DNA of 64,000 bases from Spirochaetota bacterium. GTDB lineage: Bacteria > Spirochaetota > UBA4802 > UBA5550. The stretch is taken from the NCBI GenBank assembly GCA_050298055.1, contig JBNKTL010000021.1, positions 22,054 to 86,053 of the forward strand, given 5' to 3'. Position 1 is the first letter of the stretch. The number at the start of each line of letters is the position of its first letter. The translations under genes were made by a program, and so were the position numbers. This document shows positions 42,764 through 51,172 of the stretch, in pieces. The notes beneath the pieces are model-generated. The model ran no database searches, was not told the origin of the DNA, and was given only the letters and a program-made list of their open reading frames with translations.

Positions 42764-42859
42764 GATAGTTTCCTGATATTAAATCAATAACCGTGGTCTT
42801 TATAATGAACTGACCAAAAACTGGGCATCCTGCCCAGCAGTTAAATCAATTAAAAAAAA

Positions 42860-43786
42860 TTACTTTCCTTTAACATTTACTAATGAAAACCAACCCTTAC
42901 CATTATGATTTTCTATCATTTTAACACATTGTGTCACATCAAATGTCACCATTGTTGCGTGAAATATTGATAAAACTAAATCTTGCAGTTTAGGATCATC
43001 TTCTAGTAAAGTAATTTTAAGCCCTTTATCTTTAGCAGCTTTAATATCAATAGGCTTACCATGTGTTAAATGCTCCGAAGCACTACCTAGCCATTCCGCA
43101 ATTGTTTTCCCATTTTCAATTTGATCATTTTTAAACATATATGAATCAAGCCATGTTTCTACCATGGTTTTGGCTAACCTTATAGTATCTTCACATTTCT
43201 TAAAAAAACCGTGTGGATATGAATTAATTCTATTTACCCATAGTGTTGCTAGTTTAGGATTTGCTTTTACTTCTTCTTTAGCTTGCTCAAATTCATCGAG
43301 TATTGATTGTGCAGCAATAAAATACCTACTCCCATTTCCAGATATAACACCCATTTGTGGATCAATTGGTCCTAGAGCAGAATGTTTAGCCATAACAATT
43401 TCATCACTAGCACAAGCAAGCATTGTTGCTGCTGACATAGCATTTTGCGGGATTATAACTCTTATGTAATTATATTTTGATCTTAAATAGTTTACTATCT
43501 GCTCAGTTGCTTCAGCAGACCCGCCAGGACTATGAATTATAAGATCTAATTCATTTCCCTTTAAGCCATGTATTGCTGACATAAAACCCTGTATATCTTC
43601 AGTTGTTAAGGAAAGAAGCATATCAGGTATTTGTTGCATCTGAACCTTTTTACAGGTATATGCTGTTGAATATATTATTACATTTCTTCCAGTATATTGA
43701 AACAACTTCTTAAGGTATTTTCGCCTTGCAATATCTTGGCGATCAGTACTAGTTATCTCATGCTGAATATCGTTTCTGCTTGGCAT
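42860..43786 (-). CDS. SDH-family ClpP-fold serine protease
   Basis: IHSPGG, AMSAATMLA, LGPIDPQ, THGKPI; no signal peptide. Confidence 0.9.
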   Translation of the reverse strand: MPSRNDIQHEITSTDRQDIARRKYLKKLFQYTGRNVIIYSTAYTCKKVQMQQIPDMLLSLTTEDIQGFMSAIHGLKGNELDLIIHSPGGSAEATEQIVNYLRSKYNYIRVIIPQNAMSAATMLACASDEIVMAKHSALGPIDPQMGVISGNGSRYFIAAQSILDEFEQAKEEVKANPKLATLWVNRINSYPHGFFKKCEDTIRLAKTMVETWLDSYMFKNDQIENGKTIAEWLGSASEHLTHGKPIDIKAAKDKGLKITLLEDDPKLQDLVLSIFHATMVTFDVTQCVKMIENHNGKGWFSLVNVKGK

Positions 43787-43791
43787 AATAT

Positions 43792-43974
43792 TTATTCAGT
43801 TGTTGTGCCAGAATATGAATTTGATACTTCGATTTTATTAACACAATCAACATTCATTTCAAAAACAAGTTGAATATCTTTTAATAATTCAGGATCAATT
43901 TCATTTAATGCTTCATCAAAAACTTCTTTTATTTCTGATTCATAATCTCTATTTTTTTTATTATTTTCTTGCAT
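43792..43974 (-). CDS. Small acidic protein coupled to the SDH protease
   Basis: 60 aa, RBS AAGGGG, stop 5 nt before the protease start. Confidence 0.65.
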   Translation of the reverse strand: MQENNKKNRDYESEIKEVFDEALNEIDPELLKDIQLVFEMNVDCVNKIEVSNSYSGTTTE

Positions 43975-44113
43975 TATTATTCCCCTTAATTATTTGTTTA
44001 TTATTAATCTTAATATAATATTTTTGTCAACATTTTAAACATTTATGTTAATTATCGGGTTCATAGATCCTTGTCTTCACCCGTTTTTCAGTATTAAGGC
44101 ACACACAAATTTA

Positions 44114-44135
44114 ATATAACGCGGTCACGTTATGC
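44114..44135 (-). mobile_element. Collapsed attC-like site (core boxes only)
   Basis: Minus strand GCATAAC-gtgaccgc-GTTATAT, 8 nt after the SIR2 gene stop. Confidence 0.55.
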
Positions 44136-44143
44136 GCCATAAT

Positions 44144-45118
44144 TTAATGTTCATAGTAATTTCTTAAAAGCATTCTACAATTTAAATCCTCTACTCGAAT
44201 ATACCTACTATTAGTTACTTCATTTTTATGAGCATATGATTTGCCAACAATTTTTTTTGTTATATTTTTTCTTTCGTTTTCAGTATGACTGTATGCAGTT
44301 GCATAAATTTTGTTTCCAGAATACTTATCAGGAAAACCCAAAATTTTTAGATTTTCTAAATCAAAACCAAATCCCAAGAAATACACACTTTCGCTATTAT
44401 GAATATAGTCCTGTGCATCTTGTATTTCTTTCGCTTCCTGTCTTTTTTCATAAATTAATTCAATCATGTTCATGATAAGGTTACAATGATCTAAAAGCTT
44501 AATATCTGATTTGCCATACGATGTTATTTGATTTTGATATTGTGGATGTTCCCATTCAAGGTATCCAGCTTTTCCGTATATATGGATAATTGGGATTGCT
44601 TTAATAAGTTTTATGATATCATCTTCTTTCACTTCATGTTTTAAAATATTTAACAAATTATTATAGATGAAATTTTCAAATGATCTATCATAGTTAAAAG
44701 TAATAAAGGCGCAATCTTTACCAAAATTTTCCATTATATCATTGATTGTACCAAGACCATTTAACATTCTTGAAAATAAATATTCGTACCAATCATCTTC
44801 GGAATCAATGAGTTTACTTGAATTTTCGCTATGAAGAATTTCCATTAATATGGCTGTTTTTCCAATATCTAAATAATCTTGATTGAGATTTAAATATTTA
44901 TCAATTGAAATACCCTTAATTTTTGATAGAAGGTTGCAAAACTTTTCGGCTTCTCTATATTCCGGAGATGCATCTGGAATTTTGTAAGACATAACCTGTC
45001 TAATATAATTTTTTACATGACGATGGTATCTTTGACGTATTCTATCAAACAATTCATTTCCGAGTGGAAAATTATATGAATGAGAGCCTCCCGCTCCAAT
45101 AATAAATACTCTTTTCAT
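44144..45118 (-). CDS. Stand-alone SIR2-like (SIR2_2) domain protein
   Basis: IIGAGGS, ITFNYDR, IHIYG, FLGFGF; markedly AT-rich. Confidence 0.85.
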   Translation of the reverse strand: MKRVFIIGAGGSHSYNFPLGNELFDRIRQRYHRHVKNYIRQVMSYKIPDASPEYREAEKFCNLLSKIKGISIDKYLNLNQDYLDIGKTAILMEILHSENSSKLIDSEDDWYEYLFSRMLNGLGTINDIMENFGKDCAFITFNYDRSFENFIYNNLLNILKHEVKEDDIIKLIKAIPIIHIYGKAGYLEWEHPQYQNQITSYGKSDIKLLDHCNLIMNMIELIYEKRQEAKEIQDAQDYIHNSESVYFLGFGFDLENLKILGFPDKYSGNKIYATAYSHTENERKNITKKIVGKSYAHKNEVTNSRYIRVEDLNCRMLLRNYYEH

Positions 45119-45137
45119 AAGACCTCATAATTTTGGT

Positions 45138-45231
45138 GCATAATGTTTCCGGTATTAAGCGACGTAGCCCGCCAAGGCTATGTACCGCAAGCCATGGAGT
45201 GTAGTGACACAGCGTTTAATTCGTGTTATAT
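45138..45231 (-). mobile_element. attC-like integron recombination site
   Basis: Minus strand R'' ATATAAC ... R' aTTATGC; inner complementary boxes attaagcg / cgtttaat; 94 bp; lies between two co-oriented AT-rich genes. Confidence 0.7.
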
Positions 45232-45256
45232 GAAATAACATGCACTTGCAAATGAT

Positions 45257-45610
45257 TTATTTGAAATCTTTATAATGTACCTCATTTAGTTTACCGTTAT
45301 TCAAAATCTGATTGATTGCTTCTTTTAGTTTTTCAGTTAATTTCAATGTTTCTATCATATTACTCTGGTCTATGGGACCATTTTCTTTTAAAAAAGAATA
45401 AATAATTTTATATATTATTTGTTTTTTGGAATTTATTTCAGATTCAAATTCTTTATTATTCTCTATTGCAAAAACAATAGTACAGTTGTAATAAGAAACA
45501 TTTTTTTTAATTGGAGGAAAAGATATTTCAGTACGTAAATAGCCAAAAGATAAGGCAAAATTAAACAATAATATAGAGAATAAAGTAAGTTTTAATAAAT
45601 TTTTTTTCAT
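45257..45610 (-). CDS. Small exported FliL-like protein
   Basis: N-terminal signal/TM; C-terminal EKLKEAINQILNNGKLNEVHYKDF resembles the FliL C-terminus. Confidence 0.55.
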   Translation of the reverse strand: MKKNLLKLTLFSILLFNFALSFGYLRTEISFPPIKKNVSYYNCTIVFAIENNKEFESEINSKKQIIYKIIYSFLKENGPIDQSNMIETLKLTEKLKEAINQILNNGKLNEVHYKDFK

Positions 45611-45859
45611 AGAACCTGTTTGCGCGTCATTTCATTTAAGTAATCTCATCCAACACCAAAACCCCAAACCCCCAAAAACCTCATCAAAAAATAAAAACCC
45701 AATAAAAGAAAATAATAACCTCTCAGAAAGCAACTTACACCACCTGTCAAAGTATTAACAACTTACTTTTCCCTGTCAATAGAAATTCAACAAACAAGCC
45801 TATTGAATACTTTTCCGCAAAAATGAAAACAGCAGATATCTGCTAAATGCATATTCACT

Positions 45860-46208
45860 TAAGAACCGATGTTCTTATTTCCCTGACAGAGAAAAGAAGC
45901 GAGGGAGGACTCCAGGTGCATAAGTAAGTGCATCCATAGTACTCTTGCAAATAGAAAAAAGGTCAACTCAACATGGACGTTGAGTTGAATGGACTGCAGC
46001 CGAGGACTGTCAGGAGGACGCTCCGCAGGCTGCACTGAGATAGTTTTTGAATACTGAAAGTCCAAGCCCCTCCCGGCGTCTGAGGGAGCGCGCGGGGGTC
46101 GCAAGGGGGTGTCCGCGCTGACACCCCTTTGCATTCTTCCTGTCCGGGCCCGGACAAAAATCCCCTGCGGGTGATAACCCGCAAAAATATTTTTTGCAGC
46201 ACAACTCT
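45860..46208. other. GC-rich, highly structured non-coding element
   Basis: Successive hairpins at 45963-88, 45995-46034, 46101-32, 46141-56, 46167-82 and 46181-97. Confidence 0.6.
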
Positions 46209-46222
46209 TTAATTTTCTAAAC

Positions 46223-47302
46223 TCATTTTATATTCTCAAGCACCTCAACCCTCCTCCGCGCCTCTTTAACACTCCGGCCAAGCCTCAAAGGGACCTCCGT
46301 ATACTCCATCTTTTTGAGAAGAAACCTGTAAAACCTCAGGGCATTTTTTCTGTCACCCCTCCCGTCATAGATCTTCGCCATTCGGAATGCCGCTTCCACC
46401 ACAGAGGCCGATTCCGAAATGATATACTCCCTGAACCTGTAGGGCCTCTCCCTCCCCATGATCTTTCCGTAGAGAAGAAGGGCGGCGCGGATATCCCCCC
46501 CCTTCTCTTTTTTTTCCGCCTCCGCATAGAGTTTCCTGTTGGCCCGGAGGTATTCATCCTTCCCCTTTGTATAAATCATACCGGCAAGCTCTCCTGCCCA
46601 AGGGGCCCTCATGCCTCTCTTTATTTTGAACTTCAGAAGCCGCCGGGGGCCGGCACCCCCCTTGTCAAAGGCCACCGAGAATTCCACCTTCTCGAATTTT
46701 TCTTTGGAGAAGTACTCCGCGAGCTTCACCAGCCCCCTCATGGCCCTGCTGTTTTTTCCGGTATTTTCCAGCGTAAATTCCAGCTTGAGTCTCGGGTGCC
46801 TGGTATGTTCAACCAGCTCCCTGTACCCGCCGTAAAATTCAAGCTCCGATGTATTGAACACCAGTGAGTTGTTGGCCCTGAGTGTGGCTCTGACCCCTTT
46901 CACCGGGGAGTACCCCTTCAGGACATTCTTCACATCCGCCGAGACCTGCTCCTCCCAGAAGGCCTTCTTATACTGGTCCCCGGTGACCCGGCCCTCGCTG
47001 TAGTTGTATCTCACCTTAAACTGTATCTTTGGGTTCTCCCCGGGTGAGGCCGTGATGTTCAGCCGGTGCTTCCAGAGCCCCCCGTGAAAATACCTTTTAT
47101 AACTCACGATCCTGAACTCCTTCCCGTATTTCTTCCCCAGGTAGCCAAGGCACTTTTCCCTGACCTCCCTGTCACTCTCACCGCCCACCGCGGCCGGTGC
47201 GTACAAAAAGACGATGACGACCGGTAAAAGGAAAGAGCCCAAAATCTGTAAAGGTGTTTTCATGAACAAGTACCCCGGTAAGTTTCTGCCTGATATTTTC
47301 AA
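46223..47302 (-). CDS. Hypothetical exported protein with C-terminal TPR-like helices
   Basis: Signal-like segment; AAFRMAKIYDGRGDRKNALRFY; overlaps the rsmA stop. Confidence 0.7.
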   Translation of the reverse strand: MKISGRNLPGYLFMKTPLQILGSFLLPVVIVFLYAPAAVGGESDREVREKCLGYLGKKYGKEFRIVSYKRYFHGGLWKHRLNITASPGENPKIQFKVRYNYSEGRVTGDQYKKAFWEEQVSADVKNVLKGYSPVKGVRATLRANNSLVFNTSELEFYGGYRELVEHTRHPRLKLEFTLENTGKNSRAMRGLVKLAEYFSKEKFEKVEFSVAFDKGGAGPRRLLKFKIKRGMRAPWAGELAGMIYTKGKDEYLRANRKLYAEAEKKEKGGDIRAALLLYGKIMGRERPYRFREYIISESASVVEAAFRMAKIYDGRGDRKNALRFYRFLLKKMEYTEVPLRLGRSVKEARRRVEVLENIK

Positions 47303-48126
47303 GCCCCCTCCTCCGGAACCAGGTCCGCCATCCGGAGAAAATCATCCATCCCCAGCTCCTCTCCCCGGGTACTCTCCCCAATCCCCGATCTCTCCAGAAG
47401 GAGCCTGACCTTCTCCCGGGGAAGATCCATATGCGGGGAAGCGGAGAGTGACTTGAGGATGGTCTTCTGCCTTCCCCAGAATGCCGATTTCACAAGGAGA
47501 TGAAAGGCCTCCCTCTTTTTCCTGTCAGGGACCCTCTCATTCCGCCTGAGGTGCATGAAGCTTGAGATGACGTCAGGCCGGGGGTAGAAGGCGCTCCGGG
47601 GAATATCAAAGAGACGTTTGGACGTAAAATAAATCCCGAGGTTGAGGGTCAGGGCCCCGTAGCTTTTCTCTCCCGGCCCGGAGCTTATCCTCTCCGCCAG
47701 TTCCTTCTGAAGCATGACGAAGAGATCGGGGGCCGTGAATTCAGCCGCCAGCCTGAAGAGGATCTCCGAGGAGCAGTAATAAGGAAGGTTGGAGACCACA
47801 CAGGAAAAGTCAGCGTCAATATCCGCCTTTAGAAAATCTTCATGGATGATGGTAACATTGTTCCTCCCACGGAACCTCTTTTTTAAATAGTCCGCGAACC
47901 CCGAATCGATCTCCACCGCAGTAAGGAGCGCTCCCGACTTCGCGATCTCTTCCGTAAGGGAACCGAGCCCCGGCCCGATCTCCAAGACCTTTTTCTTCTC
48001 ATGAAGATCCAGGAGCCCGGTAATCCTCTCCCGTATTTCAAGGGAGACAAGGAAGTTCTGCCCCAGCCCCTTGCCGGGGTTCAGCCCGTACTCCCTGCAG
48101 ATTTCCAGGATTTCAGTTTTGTTCAT
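47299..48126 (-). CDS. rsmA: 16S rRNA adenine dimethyltransferase
   Basis: LGQNFL, LEIGPGLGSLT, VSNLPY, MLQKELAER, FYPRPDV. Confidence 0.97.
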   Translation of the reverse strand: MNKTEILEICREYGLNPGKGLGQNFLVSLEIRERITGLLDLHEKKKVLEIGPGLGSLTEEIAKSGALLTAVEIDSGFADYLKKRFRGRNNVTIIHEDFLKADIDADFSCVVSNLPYYCSSEILFRLAAEFTAPDLFVMLQKELAERISSGPGEKSYGALTLNLGIYFTSKRLFDIPRSAFYPRPDVISSFMHLRRNERVPDRKKREAFHLLVKSAFWGRQKTILKSLSASPHMDLPREKVRLLLERSGIGESTRGEELGMDDFLRMADLVPEEGA

Positions 48127-48170
48127 ATTAATAAATTATTCATTATCCTGAACGGGAAAATAATGATTTT

Positions 48171-48479
48171 GAACCGCAAAGGCACCAAGAGCGCAAAGTT
48201 TTTTCAATTCTCATTGAGAAATATAGTCTTATTATCTCCAAAATACACCGTTGAAAAGATGTGTAAAAAGGGGGATAAGTTCAATTTTGAATGTTACGTT
48301 TTAAATGTTAAATTTAAGAAAAATTCTATTCATAAAATCAATAACTCAACATTCAACATTTAAAATTTAACATTGAAAAAATCTCCTTTCTTACACTCTT
48401 TCTTTCTCTTCCTTTCTCTTCCTTTCTCTTCCTTTCTCTTCCTTTCTCTTCCTTTGCGGCCTTGGCGCCTTCGCGGTTC
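48171..48479. repeat. Nested inverted-repeat element with a 10-bp tandem repeat
   Basis: Arms gaaccgcaaaggcaccaagagcgcaaag / ctttgcggccttggcgccttcgcggttc; inner heptamer arms; (cctttctctt)x4 at 48411-48450. Confidence 0.85.
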
Positions 48480-48507
48480 AGAAAATCTTTTCTTAACCTC
48501 TTCTTTT

Positions 48508-49269
48508 TTAGTTCCCGGAATACGATGCCGCGAACTGCTTCGCCGTCCTTCCACTCCGGGAGGCACGTGAGATGGAGAACCTCCGGGCAGCGTTATGGAG
48601 CTCCTCCCTGTCGCCGGGAAACCCGGGAAAATATGAATCCACGATCTTCAGATAAGTCTCCATTGAAACCGGGGGAAAGGGGATCCAGAGCCCGAAGCGG
48701 TGGGAGAGGGAAATCTTCTCCTCAACGGTATCGGTGTAGTGGATCTCCCCGCCGCGGATCACGGTGTTCCGGTTTTCCTCCATGTATTCCGGGACCAGGT
48801 GCCTCCGGTTTGAGGTCACATAGATGAGGACATTCTCCGGGGGAAGCTCGATGGAGCCCTCCAGGACGCTCTTTATTCCCCGGTAGACCTCTTCCCCTTC
48901 ATCGAAGGAGAGGTCGTCGGAATAGATGATGAAGTGAAAGGGCTCGGACCTCAGCCGGTCCACGATCTCCGGAAAGGAGATGAGATCGTAGCGGTTCACC
49001 TCCACGATCCTGAGTCCCCGGGACCTGAATTCATTGAACACCGCCTTGACCAGGGAGGACTTCCCGGTCCCCGTGGCCCCCCAGAGGAGGGCGTTATGGG
49101 CCTTCTCTCCATCGAGGAAGCGTTCGGTGTTCTTCACCAGCTCCTCCATCTGGTTGTTGATACACACAAGATCTTTGAGGGAGATGGGATCAATGGCCTT
49201 CACCGGCCGCATTGTCTCCTTCTCCCTTCGCCAGACCGCGGCGTAGTTGTTGTTCCAGTCTATGCCCAT
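48508..49269 (-). CDS. DUF815 family AAA+ ATP-binding protein
   Basis: LLWGATGTGKSSLVKA, DDLSF, TSNRRHL, EEKISLSHRFGL, SRSGRTA. Confidence 0.92.
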   Translation of the reverse strand: MGIDWNNNYAAVWRREKETMRPVKAIDPISLKDLVCINNQMEELVKNTERFLDGEKAHNALLWGATGTGKSSLVKAVFNEFRSRGLRIVEVNRYDLISFPEIVDRLRSEPFHFIIYSDDLSFDEGEEVYRGIKSVLEGSIELPPENVLIYVTSNRRHLVPEYMEENRNTVIRGGEIHYTDTVEEKISLSHRFGLWIPFPPVSMETYLKIVDSYFPGFPGDREELHNAARRFSISRASRSGRTAKQFAASYSGN

Positions 49270-49578
49270 ACACTATTTTTTTTAATAATTTAATTTCTTC
49301 TACAGAATATAATAGGGGCATTAATCTGTCAATAAATGAACAGGGGATATAAGTGTTAATAGTATTATTAGATATTAATTTTATTTTTTTATATTTTTTT
49401 TGATAGCATATGGAAATAGGCATAATAATTAAAAATAAAAATAATAAAACCAATAAAAACACTTATACATATAAAAATTATATGAAGACATATATCATTC
49501 ATATTATATTTATGCCTTCCGATACAAACCAGTAACAAGATAAACTCGGTTTAAACTGTTCTTCAACGATTTCCCTTT

Positions 49579-49917
49579 TTACTCATTCAATAATTTCTGA
49601 ACTTCATTTTTTAGGACCGGCAAATGATCATTCACAGCATTCCAGACGATCAATTCATCAACTATATCATAACCGTGTATCAGAATATTTCTAAAACCGA
49701 TAATTCTCTGATGCTCGGAAATGTTATTAAGAAAATCAGCATCAATTTTTCTGATTCTTGAAAGGGCTTCTCCAATGATCTCAAAATCTCTTTCCACAGC
49801 CCGTTGTGTGACAGGGCTTTCCTGATACGATTTTAAGTCAATACCGCGGGTAAAATTCTGTATTTCTTCGGCAGCCTGGAGAATATCGATTAAATTCTTC
49901 TGTATTTCATCTTTCAT
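49579..49917 (-). CDS. HepT-like (DUF86) HEPN RNase toxin
   Basis: AVERDFEIIGEA; RNILIHGY (R-x4-H). Confidence 0.92.
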   Translation of the reverse strand: MKDEIQKNLIDILQAAEEIQNFTRGIDLKSYQESPVTQRAVERDFEIIGEALSRIRKIDADFLNNISEHQRIIGFRNILIHGYDIVDELIVWNAVNDHLPVLKNEVQKLLNE

Positions 49918-50272
49918 AAATAGTCATCCTTGACTTCTCCACCGATCTCCTGAAAACCGGGTTTTTAAAATGTTTATCGATAATAAGATCAACTTCCCGT
50001 TCAAAAACTTCTTCAAGCTGCTCTTTTAATGTAAAATAACTGTCAAAATAATCAATATTTTCATCTGAATCAAAAAGTACTAACACGTCGATATCGCTTT
50101 CCGGAGAAAATTTATCTGTCAGTGCCGAACCATAGATCCCAAGACGTTTTACGGGCAGCAAACTGCAAATATCATTTATTTTTGGTTTAACTTTCTTAAG
50201 ATTTAACACTGGATTTTTTTCCTTATTTAATCTTCTATTCACCATACTCTGCTGACAAAATTCATAAGTCAA
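49907..50272 (-). CDS. MNT-family nucleotidyltransferase antitoxin
   Basis: YGSAL...SDIDVLV, REVDL; overlaps the HepT gene. True start may be downstream. Confidence 0.9.
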   Translation of the reverse strand: MTYEFCQQSMVNRRLNKEKNPVLNLKKVKPKINDICSLLPVKRLGIYGSALTDKFSPESDIDVLVLFDSDENIDYFDSYFTLKEQLEEVFEREVDLIIDKHFKNPVFRRSVEKSRMTIYER

Positions 50273-50396
50273 GAAGAATCAAAAGTAACCGTTCAACTGT
50301 GTTCAGAACAATCATCTTCACACGGATATTAAGAGAGCTTTTTCCTTTGAAAAATAATTTCTTGATTAAGGAGAGGAAGAATAAATATTATCCAGT

Positions 50397-51098
50397 ATGA
50401 GAATAATATCAACGATAACTTCAGGAAACATCCTGAGAAAGAGACCCGGCAAGCTGAAGATTGTTTTATTCCTTTTCCTTCTTTCAATTCTCGTTACTCT
50501 TTTCATCAATTATTCAATAGTGAAAACGAGCAGGGGGAACATTCACAATTCTCTGAATAAAATTAAACCGGCATATGCCGCGATACTTCCCGGGGCGGGG
50601 GTCTATGGGAGGAAAAGGGTCTCTGCCATTGTTTATGACAGGATACAAAAAACCGTTGAGCTCTATAAAAACCATAAGGTGTCCCGGATCCTTGTTACCG
50701 GGGACCATGGGACAAGACATTACGACGAGGTCAATACCATTAAATATCATTTAGTCAAGAGGGGGGTCCCGGGAAACAGGATCTTTACCGACCATGCGGG
50801 CTTTTCCACATATGACAGCATCTACCGTGCCGCGGCAATTTTTCAGGTAAAATCTGGAATTATCGTGACTCAGAATTATCACCTGCCGAGAGCTGTTTAC
50901 CTGGCGTTAAAACATAACATAAAGGTCCAGGGATATCCTGCTGACCGGAGAAAATACCTGTATATCCGGAGATACCGGCTCAGGGAATACCTGGCAAGAA
51001 TAAAAGATTTTCTCCTCATTAACTTACTAAAACCGGGACCCCGCTTTCTGGGTGATAAAATTCCCATAACCGGCAGTAGTAAAAAATCTCAAGGATAA
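50397..51098 (+). CDS. SanA/YdcF (ElyC) family protein
   Basis: ILVTGDH, DHAGFSTYDS, VTQNYHLPRA, REYLAR. Confidence 0.9.
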   Translation: MRIISTITSGNILRKRPGKLKIVLFLFLLSILVTLFINYSIVKTSRGNIHNSLNKIKPAYAAILPGAGVYGRKRVSAIVYDRIQKTVELYKNHKVSRILVTGDHGTRHYDEVNTIKYHLVKRGVPGNRIFTDHAGFSTYDSIYRAAAIFQVKSGIIVTQNYHLPRAVYLALKHNIKVQGYPADRRKYLYIRRYRLREYLARIKDFLLINLLKPGPRFLGDKIPITGSSKKSQG

Positions 51099-51172
51099 AA
51101 GAATTAAATCACACAATAAGGGCGCCGGGATGACAATTGAATGGAGGGGCCGTTTAAGTGTTCGTTGACAGC

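Noticed and set aside
45859..46204. Three overlapping short minus-strand ORFs
   Set aside because: They arise from a GC-rich palindromic element and have no protein-like features.
45860..46208. tRNA, tmRNA, group II intron or riboswitch
   Set aside because: No cloverleaf, intron domain V/VI or known aptamer consensus was recognisable by eye; an Rfam scan is still needed.
40500..46220. Prophage or integrative element
   Set aside because: No integrase, phage genes or clear flanking att direct repeats.
48001..48570. Short ORFs upstream of rsmA
   Set aside because: They are translations of the repeat element and the 10-bp tandem repeat.
49270..49578. Very AT-rich spacer as a replication origin
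   Set aside because: No DnaA-box cluster or iterons were seen, and no replication genes lie nearby.
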